A stretch of 49,049 nucleotides of DNA from a virus (lineage: Duplodnaviria > Caudoviricetes), in IMG/VR virus record IMGVR_UViG_3300020707_000007, positions 1 through 49,049 of that record, one strand, 5' to 3'. Under the pieces are notes generated by a model that had not been told where the DNA came from, did not search any database, and saw only the letters and a list, made by a program, of their open reading frames with translations. Of the stretch, positions 1 to 9,482 are shown piece by piece. How positions within the stretch are numbered: position 1 is the first letter of the stretch; every line of letters starts with the position of its first letter. The position numbers were made by a program, and so were the translations under genes.

Positions 1-413
1 GGTTTAGAGACGTATCGTTTGGGATTAGCTTTAACAAAGTCGATAGCACTGTTGTAGTCCTTAAATTCAAATGAAGGGATAACTGCAAGTCCTGCCTTCT
101 TCATAATGTCTTGACCATAATCACGGTCTAGTTCCATCTTGGCACCAAGCATATTAGTACCGATAATTGGGTAACCCTCTTCATGGAACTTTTCTAGTTC
201 CCGCATTTGAAAAGCGTTATCCGATAATACGATTAGGTCTGCTTGTTTAGCATGAATCTGCCAGTTCTGAACTTGGTCAATAAGTCCTTTACCAATCTTA
301 GAACGCTCCTGACCGTGTGGACGCACCCATTGTTTAACTTCGTGTCCTTCTGCAAGGCAACGAATACCAAAGTCAACAAGAGCACCAGCAGGGTCGAGCA
401 ACAAGATTCTCAT
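1..413 (-). CDS. PurD-like ATP-grasp ligase, N-terminal part, truncated by window edge (copy A)
   Basis: ATG at 413 reads MRILLLDPAGALVDFGIRC, same as 41007..42335. Confidence 0.85.
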   Translation of the reverse strand, partial: MRILLLDPAGALVDFGIRCLAEGHEVKQWVRPHGQERSKIGKGLIDQVQNWQIHAKQADLIVLSDNAFQMRELEKFHEEGYPIIGTNMLGAKMELDRDYGQDIMKKAGLAVIPSFEFKDYNSAIDFVKANPKRYVSK

Positions 414-414
414 G

Positions 415-573
415 TTATTTCATTTTCTTTCTAGTCTTGCCTGAAGGTGGTTTACCTGCTCTAGCTTTAGAAAGAGCAATAGCAACTGCTTGCTTTTGTG
501 GACGACCAGCCTTCACCTCTTTGGAGATGTTAGATGAAATAGTCTTTTGTGATGAACCTGATTTAAGTGGCAT
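415..573 (-). CDS. Small basic peptide, 52 aa ([52 protein letters not shown]), copy A
   Basis: Hand-translated; TAATG coupling to upstream gene; conserved in copy B. Confidence 0.8.
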   Translation of the reverse strand: MPLKSGSSQKTISSNISKEVKAGRPQKQAVAIALSKARAGKPPSGKTRKKMK

Positions 574-2033
574 TATTTTTTCTTCCTTTGTGTTTCATAG
601 GCACCATAAGTTGCTTTAATAATTAAATTTGCTGCACGAGATAACTCTTTGTCAGTTCTAGCGTTATTAATCATATCAGTAACTTTTTTAAATTCCGTTG
701 GGTCTTTGATAATGGTTTTGTTAACATTTGCACCAATATTACTCCATAGTGTTTTCCCTTGTTCAACAGGAAGACCTTTTAAATAATATCCCAATTCTTG
801 TTTAAATACTTTTTGACCAACCTCATCTTTACCAAAATTACCCATTTGAGTATTAATAGTTCTGTAATCTTTACTTTTAAACATCTCTGGTAAATTATCT
901 CTAGCTTTTGCAATAAACTCTTTTTCAGAAGCGTTACGTGCAACCTTTTCAGCACCGCCTGGAATAAACTTGTTTACAGCTTCACGAACCTTCTCTTGTT
1001 CATTCTTGCTTAATGCTTTGAACTCATCTGATTTGAGGTTATTGATAACAGCATTACCATCTAAGGCATTACCATCTTCATCAAGAAATAGGTTTTTAAT
1101 CTTTTTAGCAGATGAAGCACGAGATTCTGCAGGAAACTCCGAAACAATATGTGTCAAATCTTCTTTTAAACCTGCACCAGTTTTTTCAGCTAATGCTGCG
1201 TCATATCCAGCTTTAGCGTCTTCATATAACTTATTAACTGTTGCGTCTTTTCCATGTTGTGCTTGTAACTCTTGAGTAAACTTATATGTTTCACTTGTTG
1301 GGTCAGTAGACACCTTAACACCAGCAGTTTTAGCTTCTGTACCTAATGCAGATTCAACATCACGAGCCGCAAGTTTTGCTTCTCCTTGAGGAATAAACTT
1401 AGATAACTTTGCAACTTTACCAGCTACTCCAGGCATCATTGTATAAGCCGCAGTTTCAGCCATACCAAATACTTTTTGAGCTAATTTGGACTTAACTAAA
1501 AAGTCTGTTGTAGATTTCACTGGGGCTGGCATACCAGTAGCTAATCCAGCAAGTGTTTGTGTACCTGTGCCATAACCTAAATCTTTAGCAACAGATTCAG
1601 CTAATCCAGATGCGGCACCCATTACAGCACCGCCAGCACCAGTAACTAATGCTCCTGGGCCAGTAAAACCACCAATTAATCCTCCAATAGCACCACCAGT
1701 AGCAGCACCTTTAGCAATATTAGAACCATATTCTGACATTGGTACTTTATTAACACGAGATGGGTCAAATCCAAATGTTTGTTTGGCTATTGGAACTTCT
1801 TTACGAAGAGAAGTTGGAGCCATCAATGCTGCACCACCTTCAGTTACTTGTGGTGTTGTCAATCCAGTTGCGGGTTTATAGTCAGTTTTTGGAATATCGG
1901 CAGGAGCACCTTCTACAGATACTTTTGCTTCTGGCTCAGACTTACCAAGGTGAGAAATAATCTTTTCTTTAGCTTTTGAAGGGTCTGTTTCAGAAATATC
2001 GTAATGCTGACCTTGGTATTCATATACTGGCAT
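573..2033 (-). CDS. Internal virion/DNA ejection protein (P22 gp16 position), allele A
   Basis: Gly/Ala-rich hydrophobic segment ([25 protein letters not shown]); position after two other ejection-like genes. Confidence 0.6.
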   Translation of the reverse strand: MPVYEYQGQHYDISETDPSKAKEKIISHLGKSEPEAKVSVEGAPADIPKTDYKPATGLTTPQVTEGGAALMAPTSLRKEVPIAKQTFGFDPSRVNKVPMSEYGSNIAKGAATGGAIGGLIGGFTGPGALVTGAGGAVMGAASGLAESVAKDLGYGTGTQTLAGLATGMPAPVKSTTDFLVKSKLAQKVFGMAETAAYTMMPGVAGKVAKLSKFIPQGEAKLAARDVESALGTEAKTAGVKVSTDPTSETYKFTQELQAQHGKDATVNKLYEDAKAGYDAALAEKTGAGLKEDLTHIVSEFPAESRASSAKKIKNLFLDEDGNALDGNAVINNLKSDEFKALSKNEQEKVREAVNKFIPGGAEKVARNASEKEFIAKARDNLPEMFKSKDYRTINTQMGNFGKDEVGQKVFKQELGYYLKGLPVEQGKTLWSNIGANVNKTIIKDPTEFKKVTDMINNARTDKELSRAANLIIKATYGAYETQRKKK

Positions 2034-2041
2034 AGTAGTCT

Positions 2042-3391
2042 TTAATCTAGTTTGATTGGGTCTTCTTTAGTACCAGTGCCACGAGGCTTTTCACCACCAA
2101 TTGGATTCTTTGTAGTAAATTCTGTAAAACTCATATCAGGATTGTCTTGGGCTTCTTTTGCTGCCCTATCAATATCTTTTTGAGTAAATGGAATTGCTTT
2201 GCGAACTATGTCTAATTCTTGTTGAATTAAGGCTTTGCGTTCTGGAGCAATCTTAGGGTCACTCATTTGAGCTTTTGCAGAAGACTCAACAATACGACGC
2301 ATCTCACCAAGTTTATCTAATGTGACATTAAGAGACGAACCAGCTTGAATGAATACACCTTTTTCAATACTATCTGTCAATCCAACTAAACCAGTTGCTG
2401 CACCACCAGACTCCAATGCCGCCAATCCACGAGCAACACCAGTCATACGAGTTTGTAACTTTTGTGATGTTTCATCTGATAATTTCTGATTTAATGCAGA
2501 TAGTGGGGCTGTATACAAACTATTAAATTGTTTTTGTTGAAACATTGGGCCAGTAGTTGTAATTGGCAAATTAGCAAGATTTTCAAGTGCATCTGAGGTT
2601 TGCGTAAATGCTTGGATTACACGACTAGCGGCAGGAGATTCTTTACCACCGCCAGGGCCATTACGAATCAAAGCTACTAAATGTTGGTTTTGTAAATCTG
2701 CACGTTTCTCGGCACGGTCAGCAGCAGCTTCTGCACGGTCTTGAGATTCAATCTTGGCTCTCATAACAGGAGACATTTTAGAAAGTAATTTCTCTTTCAT
2801 GTCAGGAGTCCAAGTTGTAGGCATATCTTTAGGAGGTTCAATACCAGTACGCTCTAAAGCGTCTTTTAAACGACGGTCATAGTCTACTTGGCTCTTTGCA
2901 CCATACAAAGTAGAAGCAAAATCATCTTTAGCTTCAGTCTTTTGTTTTTGAGCATCTTTTAATGTTTCTTGAGACCTAGTTTGTAATATACGAGCTTCTT
3001 GTTCAGCTTGTTGAGCTTCTGCAGTCTTACCCATAGCTTTAAGATAACTAGCATCTTTAAGGGCTTTTTGAGCTTGTTGTGCTTCTGTTTGAGCAGTAAC
3101 CATAGTTTGGTTAACTAATCCAGCACTTGTCAACTCTCCATCAGGAGTGGTCAGCTTAAATTGTGGGCCTAACATATTGCCAGCCATAGCCCCTAATCCA
3201 GCTTGTGGTTTACCACCTGCACCCATACCACCAGCCATACCAGCTAATGGTTGTTGAGGAGCCATATCTTGTTTGGCTTGTTGTAATGCTTGATTTTGTA
3301 ACTGATATTGCTGATATGCAGTATCTTCCTGCCTAAATGCTCCAGCAGGGCTTGTTTGCAATACATTAGCTAATTCTGAAAGACTTGCCAT
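2042..3391 (-). CDS. Internal virion/DNA ejection protein (gp20 position), allele A
   Basis: Gln/Ala-rich helical protein; synteny. Confidence 0.6.
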   Translation of the reverse strand: MASLSELANVLQTSPAGAFRQEDTAYQQYQLQNQALQQAKQDMAPQQPLAGMAGGMGAGGKPQAGLGAMAGNMLGPQFKLTTPDGELTSAGLVNQTMVTAQTEAQQAQKALKDASYLKAMGKTAEAQQAEQEARILQTRSQETLKDAQKQKTEAKDDFASTLYGAKSQVDYDRRLKDALERTGIEPPKDMPTTWTPDMKEKLLSKMSPVMRAKIESQDRAEAAADRAEKRADLQNQHLVALIRNGPGGGKESPAASRVIQAFTQTSDALENLANLPITTTGPMFQQKQFNSLYTAPLSALNQKLSDETSQKLQTRMTGVARGLAALESGGAATGLVGLTDSIEKGVFIQAGSSLNVTLDKLGEMRRIVESSAKAQMSDPKIAPERKALIQQELDIVRKAIPFTQKDIDRAAKEAQDNPDMSFTEFTTKNPIGGEKPRGTGTKEDPIKLD

Positions 3392-3392
3392 A

Positions 3393-4331
3393 TTAACTCA
3401 CCGAAGGAGATGATTGATTGTATTGGGAATACAGTGTTTGTAATGGGTTTAGTACGTTTGCTGCTCCACCAGCTAACTGTTGTAATCCCAACGCACCTAG
3501 ACCTGCTTGACCAAAGTTAATACCTTGTTGAGCTTGTGCTGCACCTGCAGGAGCTTGATTAGCACCTGATAATGTGGCTAGTAAGTTTTGTTGTTGTTGT
3601 AAGCTAGAAGTAGCATATTGTTGACCAAACTGTTGAGCTTGCAACAATCCACCGCCTGATACTAAACGACCCTGTGCAGCTTGTTGAGCTTGTTGAGCCT
3701 GTAAGCCTTGTTGAAGGTTAAACTGGTAACCTGGAGTAGAGGTAATGGTATTTGGGTTTGCCAGTAAGTTCTGTAACTGGGAAGCTGCTTGTGAACGGTA
3801 TTGAGCGTATGGGTCTGCAACACCTGGTTTAGTAGCACCGCCACCAAGTAATGATGCAGCTTGTCCTAATTGTCCAATACCGCCTATTAATTGAGCGCCA
3901 GTCTTGGCATATCCAGCTAAGTCGCCTAGTGTAGTTCCTACGCCACCTTGGGCAATAACTTTACCAGAAGCATCAAGAATATCACCGCCTTGAATAGAAC
4001 CCATTGAACCGTCTGCTAATTGGAATGGCGTAGCTTGAGCACCTGCAGCAGCACCTTCTAATTGAGCCGCAGTTCCACCCGCTTGTGCAATTTGTTCTGC
4101 AGTTAATCCAGCTTGAGCTAATTGCTCTCCTGAAAGTCCAGCTTGAAGTAATTGACTTGCAGTTGCACCATTAGATAATGCGTCTGCAACAGACATTGTT
4201 CCTGCTGCTGCTTGTGCTGCGGCATCTGCTGAAAATGCTAATGCACCTGCATCTGCGGCTGCAACATCTGCTCCTCCAGCACCTAATACAGGGCCTACAA
4301 ATTCTGCTGCTGCTGCGGTTGATTCTGCCAT
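3393..4331 (-). CDS. DNA pilot/ejection protein (gp7 position), allele A
   Basis: Ala/Gly/Gln-rich; TPGYQFNLQQG...SGG motif typical of podovirus pilot proteins. Confidence 0.7.
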   Translation of the reverse strand: MAESTAAAAEFVGPVLGAGGADVAAADAGALAFSADAAAQAAAGTMSVADALSNGATASQLLQAGLSGEQLAQAGLTAEQIAQAGGTAAQLEGAAAGAQATPFQLADGSMGSIQGGDILDASGKVIAQGGVGTTLGDLAGYAKTGAQLIGGIGQLGQAASLLGGGATKPGVADPYAQYRSQAASQLQNLLANPNTITSTPGYQFNLQQGLQAQQAQQAAQGRLVSGGGLLQAQQFGQQYATSSLQQQQNLLATLSGANQAPAGAAQAQQGINFGQAGLGALGLQQLAGGAANVLNPLQTLYSQYNQSSPSVS

Positions 4332-4335
4332 GATT

Positions 4336-4788
4336 CTATCCTATTAATTTACCAAACACACGTTCAGTCTGTTTGTATCCTAAACGCTCAAATATTGCAC
4401 CAACATCTTGGTGTACTTTAGTATTCATTATTAAACGCTGAACACCATAGCTCTTTAGGATTTCCTCGTTCTTAATGAACAATTTTACTCCTGTTGAGCC
4501 TTTTCGATAATCTTTAGATATAAAAAATATATCATTTGTAGCTGTCAAACTATCTTTATAATGCAAATTATAGGCAATAATGCAAATACAATAACCTATT
4601 AATTTACCGTCATCTCTAGCGGTAACAATCCTCATTACCCCAGCATTGCACAGTTTTTCATACATTTCATAGTTTGGATTGAGTTTAATAACCTCTTTAT
4701 TTAAGGCTATTTCTTCCCAATGGTCTTCTAATAAAGGCTTAATTTCGTCAATTACTTGACTATAAGTCTCTTCTTTGTACTCAATCAT
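4336..4788 (-). CDS. GNAT-family acetyltransferase-like protein (virion operon)
   Basis: DIFFISKDYRKGSTGVKL (motif A-like) and FERLGY (motif B). Confidence 0.8.
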   Translation of the reverse strand: MIEYKEETYSQVIDEIKPLLEDHWEEIALNKEVIKLNPNYEMYEKLCNAGVMRIVTARDDGKLIGYCICIIAYNLHYKDSLTATNDIFFISKDYRKGSTGVKLFIKNEEILKSYGVQRLIMNTKVHQDVGAIFERLGYKQTERVFGKLIG

Positions 4789-6356
4789 GAATCCCCCTTT
4801 TCGACATCGACTTCAAAATATTCGAGTCTCAAGGGTACATTATCTTGGTGAAGTAAGTCAAACGCTCTTCTACGGCCCTGACCTAGTCTATGGACTTCGG
4901 ATTTAGCAGTATTGAGGTTAACGTTCTGCCACGCAGAAAAGGTTTGGTAGTCATCACTGGTATAACGTAAAAGGGCATAAGAATCAATCTTATCGCCTAC
5001 AACTTGAACGCTTCTCCAAAACTTACGTAGATTATCGCCACCATCTACTAATGGAGTACGAGCTAATACCGCAATTGGGTTACCGTCATCATTGTAAGTA
5101 TTAGGGTCAAACTCATAGACCTTACCATTGGTCTCGTGTTGGATTAAATCCATATCCTGATACTTGGTATAGAACTGACCCTTAAAATAACCTTCTACGT
5201 TATTTTCGGTGGAAGTCCAATATGTCCAACCATTTTGAGCAAAGTCATATACTAGGGTATACCCTAAGTCTCTAAGGGTTAATACGTATAAGGAGTGCCC
5301 TGATGTTTTGATGCTAAAAGCATAAGCAAGGTCAGGATTGCAATTATTAATAATTCTTTCAATATACTGGTTAGAGATAATCTGAGGGGATTGACCAGAC
5401 ATTGCCATTACTTGAAAACCTTTTTGGTGGCTTGTACCCATCCAAACAAGAGTGTTATCCATTTGTATTAAAGAGTCTTCTGCTGCGGCTCCAAATTGAA
5501 TGACAGAGTTCTGATATGGTAGAAATGGACTGCCTGGGGATGTACCTGCATCATAGAAGAACTCAATATGATGTGAGCCAAAAGTAACAATATAGTTAAT
5601 TGTTCTACCAATGGCTAAAAGAGGGTCGGCATCAGACACTACACCAATGTAGTTAATTGCTTGCCAAGTTGTAGGGTCTTCTACGTTAGAGTTATAAAGC
5701 AAACCCTGAGGAGTCCCAACAACATAATACCCGTCCACAAACACCGAACCCGATACAGTAGTACCAGGATAAGAGGTAGTAAAGGTAAGAGTAACGGTTG
5801 CAGAAGCTGTAGCATTTTGACTTAAAGTTAAGGCAGTACCAAATACGGTTAAAACATAAGTGCCAAGGGGAACACCTGTCCCTGTCACAATCTGTCCAAT
5901 CTGAATTGCGGGATTGGATGCAGATAATGTTACAACAGGCGTACCTGATATGGTCGTACCGTTTTGCGTCGTTATGGTGCCTTGTAAATCTAAAATGGTG
6001 CTTGTTGCAATGATATAGACATATCCGTGGCTCTCATTCTTAAAAAAGACTTGAGATTGGTCTACTGAGTAGATGAAATCATACTCATCTGAACCATCGA
6101 CAGGGGTAGCATTAGCAACTCCATTGTCATAGAAGGTAGTTCCAATAATAGTAAGTAAGTGGCTACCAGCGGCAAAGATACCAAGTCCTTCTCCTGCAGT
6201 TAGGGTTTGATAAGACTTAAGTCCTGGGCGTTTAACGGCTGCAATAGACTCTTTCTTCTCTACTTCAATAATGGCATTGCCTAGCTTTGAATCCTTGTTT
6301 AAGGTTCCATCACGACTACCAATGTTATGAGCAAGAGGTATACGGCTAATTGCCAT
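4785..6356 (-). CDS. Tail nozzle / packaged-DNA stabilization protein (P22 gp10-like)
   Basis: KRPGL N-terminal motif, beta-rich, TLVYD...W and RLG.GRRR C-terminal motifs; synteny. Confidence 0.8.
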   Translation of the reverse strand: MAISRIPLAHNIGSRDGTLNKDSKLGNAIIEVEKKESIAAVKRPGLKSYQTLTAGEGLGIFAAGSHLLTIIGTTFYDNGVANATPVDGSDEYDFIYSVDQSQVFFKNESHGYVYIIATSTILDLQGTITTQNGTTISGTPVVTLSASNPAIQIGQIVTGTGVPLGTYVLTVFGTALTLSQNATASATVTLTFTTSYPGTTVSGSVFVDGYYVVGTPQGLLYNSNVEDPTTWQAINYIGVVSDADPLLAIGRTINYIVTFGSHHIEFFYDAGTSPGSPFLPYQNSVIQFGAAAEDSLIQMDNTLVWMGTSHQKGFQVMAMSGQSPQIISNQYIERIINNCNPDLAYAFSIKTSGHSLYVLTLRDLGYTLVYDFAQNGWTYWTSTENNVEGYFKGQFYTKYQDMDLIQHETNGKVYEFDPNTYNDDGNPIAVLARTPLVDGGDNLRKFWRSVQVVGDKIDSYALLRYTSDDYQTFSAWQNVNLNTAKSEVHRLGQGRRRAFDLLHQDNVPLRLEYFEVDVEKGDS

Positions 6357-6358
6357 AA

Positions 6359-6898
6359 TTAGTTCCTAAAACTATTAGATTTAGAGCAGTTCTCAGATTG
6401 AGTAATTACCCTAAGATTATTTTCAACGTGAAGTCCGCATACAGTTTTTCCACGCAACGGAACAATATGGTCAACGTGCCACACATCTAATCCTTCACGA
6501 TTTAACATTGCAGCTACAGAATAATAGCATTTAATTCGTTCAATATTAGCCCATGAAGCAGTAGCATTAATTTTTGCTGCGTCATAACGAGCGCCATTTT
6601 CAGTGCATCTAGCACGATTGTTTTTTTGCCATGTTCCTACACGTACTTTAATTTTATCTTTATTAGCTTGATAATATTCTTTATCAGATTGTTTTTTGGC
6701 ATCTACATCTTGAAGTCTACGAGAATTAACTTTAGCTTTAATCTTTTTTTGATTTGCTAAATAATATTGACGTGCATATTCTTTTTTCTTGTCTGCATTT
6801 TTTTCAGACCATGCTTTAGAGCGAGCTTTACTAGCCTCTCTATATTCAGGGTGATTTTTGAGGTATTCCCTCATGTATTCGTTTTTATTGCGTTGCAT
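6359..6898 (-). CDS. Free-standing HNH homing endonuclease (absent from copy B)
   Basis: [36 protein letters not shown]; basic N-terminal repeats; TGATG coupling. Confidence 0.9.
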   Translation of the reverse strand: MQRNKNEYMREYLKNHPEYREASKARSKAWSEKNADKKKEYARQYYLANQKKIKAKVNSRRLQDVDAKKQSDKEYYQANKDKIKVRVGTWQKNNRARCTENGARYDAAKINATASWANIERIKCYYSVAAMLNREGLDVWHVDHIVPLRGKTVCGLHVENNLRVITQSENCSKSNSFRN

Positions 6899-7593
6899 CA
6901 ATTTCGGAACCTATAATCGGGCGAAAAGGAAGTAGAAGCCTCTTCTTGGCTCCAATCTGTCATAACTTCTTCATACTTAGCGGCACGTTGAGCTAGTTCA
7001 GCACGTACTTGTGCAGGAACACCATACTCAAGGGCTAACTGGTCAGCCAAGCCAAACTTTAATGTATTGAACCATTCAGATGGAAACTGAGGGATTGAAG
7101 TAGGCGTTAGGATGTCTGAGATAGGTTGTTGTACCTGTAGGTGAATAGTCCATCCTGCAGCATTTGGGTTGTTAAATACATACAATACGCCATTACCTAA
7201 CTGTGGGTCGTAATAGACCTGATTAGGAGTGCCAGAAGAGGGTTTATAGCCCTGTTGCATATACTCTTGACGTGAGATGACCTGAAGGGTTGTATCGTTC
7301 CCCTGAGGGCTTCTAATGAACGCCATGACGACTCTTAATGGGCGGTCACAGACTACATCTCCTGTTGGGCCTAATGTGTAGGTATATTGACCTGCTATCA
7401 TAGGTACTGGGAGGTCTTCTACTAACCATAAGGGCATACCCTTAGTCTGTAGTTGTTTGATATACAGATTTAGGGCTTCTGAGCAGTTCTGATAGTCCTG
7501 TGGGGTTGGGCTATCTCCAGCACCAATTACTCCCAATACACGGAGTGCTCCATTAATAACTGCGTCCCTAGATTGTGAGTAAGTGGTTGTCAT
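6898..7593 (-). CDS. Head-tail adaptor / tail tubular protein A (P22 gp4-like)
   Basis: ALRVLGV...ALN N-terminal helices; position directly upstream of nozzle gene. Confidence 0.7.
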   Translation of the reverse strand: MTTTYSQSRDAVINGALRVLGVIGAGDSPTPQDYQNCSEALNLYIKQLQTKGMPLWLVEDLPVPMIAGQYTYTLGPTGDVVCDRPLRVVMAFIRSPQGNDTTLQVISRQEYMQQGYKPSSGTPNQVYYDPQLGNGVLYVFNNPNAAGWTIHLQVQQPISDILTPTSIPQFPSEWFNTLKFGLADQLALEYGVPAQVRAELAQRAAKYEEVMTDWSQEEASTSFSPDYRFRN

Positions 7594-7594
7594 A

Positions 7595-7741
7595 TTATTC
7601 CGCTTTTGGTTCTTCAGTAATTAAAGCAAACTGCTGTTGGAGCTTTTGAAACAATGGAAAAGCACCTGACTGTGTAGGTAATTGTCCCATAACTTGAACA
7701 ATAAACTCTGCTTCTTGGTCTTCTAATGTAAATGTTTTCAT
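7595..7741 (-). CDS. Small hypothetical tail-region protein (MKTFTLEDQE...)
   Basis: Start 1 nt after upstream stop; fills the gap. Confidence 0.6.
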   Translation of the reverse strand: MKTFTLEDQEAEFIVQVMGQLPTQSGAFPLFQKLQQQFALITEEPKAE

Positions 7742-7742
7742 A

Positions 7743-8075
7743 TTAAGCCCAAGGCAAATTTTTAATTTTTGGGAAAACTGGAGGATTAGCAATTAATTGT
7801 AGCTGGCCATCAACGTCAGATTGAATATTCGACATAATATTTGGCAAATTTTTAATCCATTCAATAACTTGTTGTTCTGTTAAATTATTAAAATCTGTAT
7901 AACTTTCATTAGAATTTTCTATTGGAAATTGTGTGTTTCCTTCTACTGAAGTGCTATTTTTACCATCTGTTCCAGTAACTATATAATTTACATTAACAAC
8001 ATAGTCATTAATTGGGGCTGGAGGAGAAGAAATTGTTGTTAATGATTTTATTTTCCAAGTGTATGTATTATTCAT
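7743..8075 (-). CDS. Hypothetical tail-fibre-associated protein
   Basis: YTW...LTEQQVIEW...LPW pattern often seen after phage tail fibres. Confidence 0.6.
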   Translation of the reverse strand: MNNTYTWKIKSLTTISSPPAPINDYVVNVNYIVTGTDGKNSTSVEGNTQFPIENSNESYTDFNNLTEQQVIEWIKNLPNIMSNIQSDVDGQLQLIANPPVFPKIKNLPWA

Positions 8076-8096
8076 TTTATTCCTATTTAATTTTAT

Positions 8097-9458
8097 TTAA
8101 GCCCAAGAACTTACATTTGAAATACTACAACCTAAAAAACTTATACCAATATATGCTTGAGGAGATAAATTTGAGCCAGATGAAAAATTAATAATATTAC
8201 TATTACTGTTTTTCCAAATTCCCAATTGTAACGCTGTAGGGCTTGATGTATTTGCAAACACAGCATCAGGAGTGCCTACAAAATTAATTACTGAAGAATT
8301 ATTTGTTGCATAACATACAACACCTTTTCCAGAAGAATTTAATTGAACTAAAAAAAACATCATTGCACTATCTGTAGTTACAGTCATTGTTTTGCTATTT
8401 TGTATAACAAATAAATTAGTAAAACCAACAGCAGTTGCGCTATTAGTTGCAGGACTAATTGGAGCATAGCTAGAAAAAGGCATTCCTGGTTTTCCTATGC
8501 TATATTTAATTTGCGATACAAAATTAGTAGTACCAATTGTAGGAATTTCTACTTGACCAGCATACCCAATATGTATAGTAGTAGCATCATTATCTACATA
8601 AGTACCTAAAATACCTACGTTTTGAACTACATTGTACCCATTAGTAGAATTTATATATAAATCATTAGTTGTATTACCTTCTAAATCGCCACCTATAAAA
8701 GTATTGTTTGCCGCATTTGTGTTTAAATTAACGCCATATCTACCATTAGTTTCACAATGAACCCCAACAAAAGTATTTTTAACAGCTTTATCTACATAAA
8801 TACCATCAAGCGTATTATTAGAAGCCGATAACAAAGTACCTGTGCCACCGTTACTATCTACAATAGATTGATTATCAGAAAATACAAAACCATAATTATT
8901 AGCATTAGAAATACATTTGTCTAATCGCCAAAGATTTGCATTTACTGCTGGAGTGGCTGTAGCAGAACCAATAGTAAAACCTGAATCACCCATATTGCTT
9001 ACAGTAACTCTGGTTGCATTAAAATAAGGCCCAACTACATATATACCTGCGTTTGCATTTGCAGTACCGCCTTTTAAATAAATATCCTCAATAGTTACAA
9101 AGCCTTGAGTAACTTTAATGCCGACATCATTAACTTCTTTGAGAATTTGTGTAGCTGCGGTGTACCCTGTGCCTGTTTGTTCAATAGCACCATCACCATA
9201 CAGCTTAATACGCTTATCAATCAATATAGTTGCAGTAATTTTATACACTCCTGCTGGCATATAAACTGCACCTGAAATCGCAACACTATTAATAGCAGCT
9301 TGTATTGCAGCTGTATCATCCGTTGTTCCATCTCCTACAGCACCGAAATCTTTAACACTTACTGTTTCAGCAAGTTTGAGATTAATAGGTCTATTGACTG
9401 CTCCTACAGGTGAAGAACCACCATTTTGTAAATCAATCTTTGGTATTAAAGTTGTCAT
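8097..9458 (-). CDS. Tailspike, pectate-lyase-like beta-helix (depolymerase)
   Basis: VSVKDFGAVGDGTTDDTAAIQAAI...PAGVYKI motif; Asn/Gly beta-helix repeats. Confidence 0.85.
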   Translation of the reverse strand: MTTLIPKIDLQNGGSSPVGAVNRPINLKLAETVSVKDFGAVGDGTTDDTAAIQAAINSVAISGAVYMPAGVYKITATILIDKRIKLYGDGAIEQTGTGYTAATQILKEVNDVGIKVTQGFVTIEDIYLKGGTANANAGIYVVGPYFNATRVTVSNMGDSGFTIGSATATPAVNANLWRLDKCISNANNYGFVFSDNQSIVDSNGGTGTLLSASNNTLDGIYVDKAVKNTFVGVHCETNGRYGVNLNTNAANNTFIGGDLEGNTTNDLYINSTNGYNVVQNVGILGTYVDNDATTIHIGYAGQVEIPTIGTTNFVSQIKYSIGKPGMPFSSYAPISPATNSATAVGFTNLFVIQNSKTMTVTTDSAMMFFLVQLNSSGKGVVCYATNNSSVINFVGTPDAVFANTSSPTALQLGIWKNSNSNIINFSSGSNLSPQAYIGISFLGCSISNVSSWA

Positions 9459-9482
9459 TTTTTGCCTGTAAAATTGTTATTT

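Larger units (their letters stand above)
1..7300. repeat. Diverged long direct repeat, copy A (genome overlap)
   Basis: Base 1 (ggtttagagacgtatcg) aligns to 41923 and 7300 (gtatcgttc) aligns to 49049; same gene order with SNPs and indels. Confidence 0.95.

Noticed and set aside
243-1979. Plus-strand ORFs 243..434, 437..619, 970..1275, 1760..1960, 1779..1979
   Set aside because: Antisense shadows of well-supported minus-strand genes; no RBS or motifs
5253-5266. TAGGGTATACCCTA palindrome (also ~47541, and a related site at 25319)
   Set aside because: Inside coding sequence (LGYTL); matches the intergenic operator but may be coincidental
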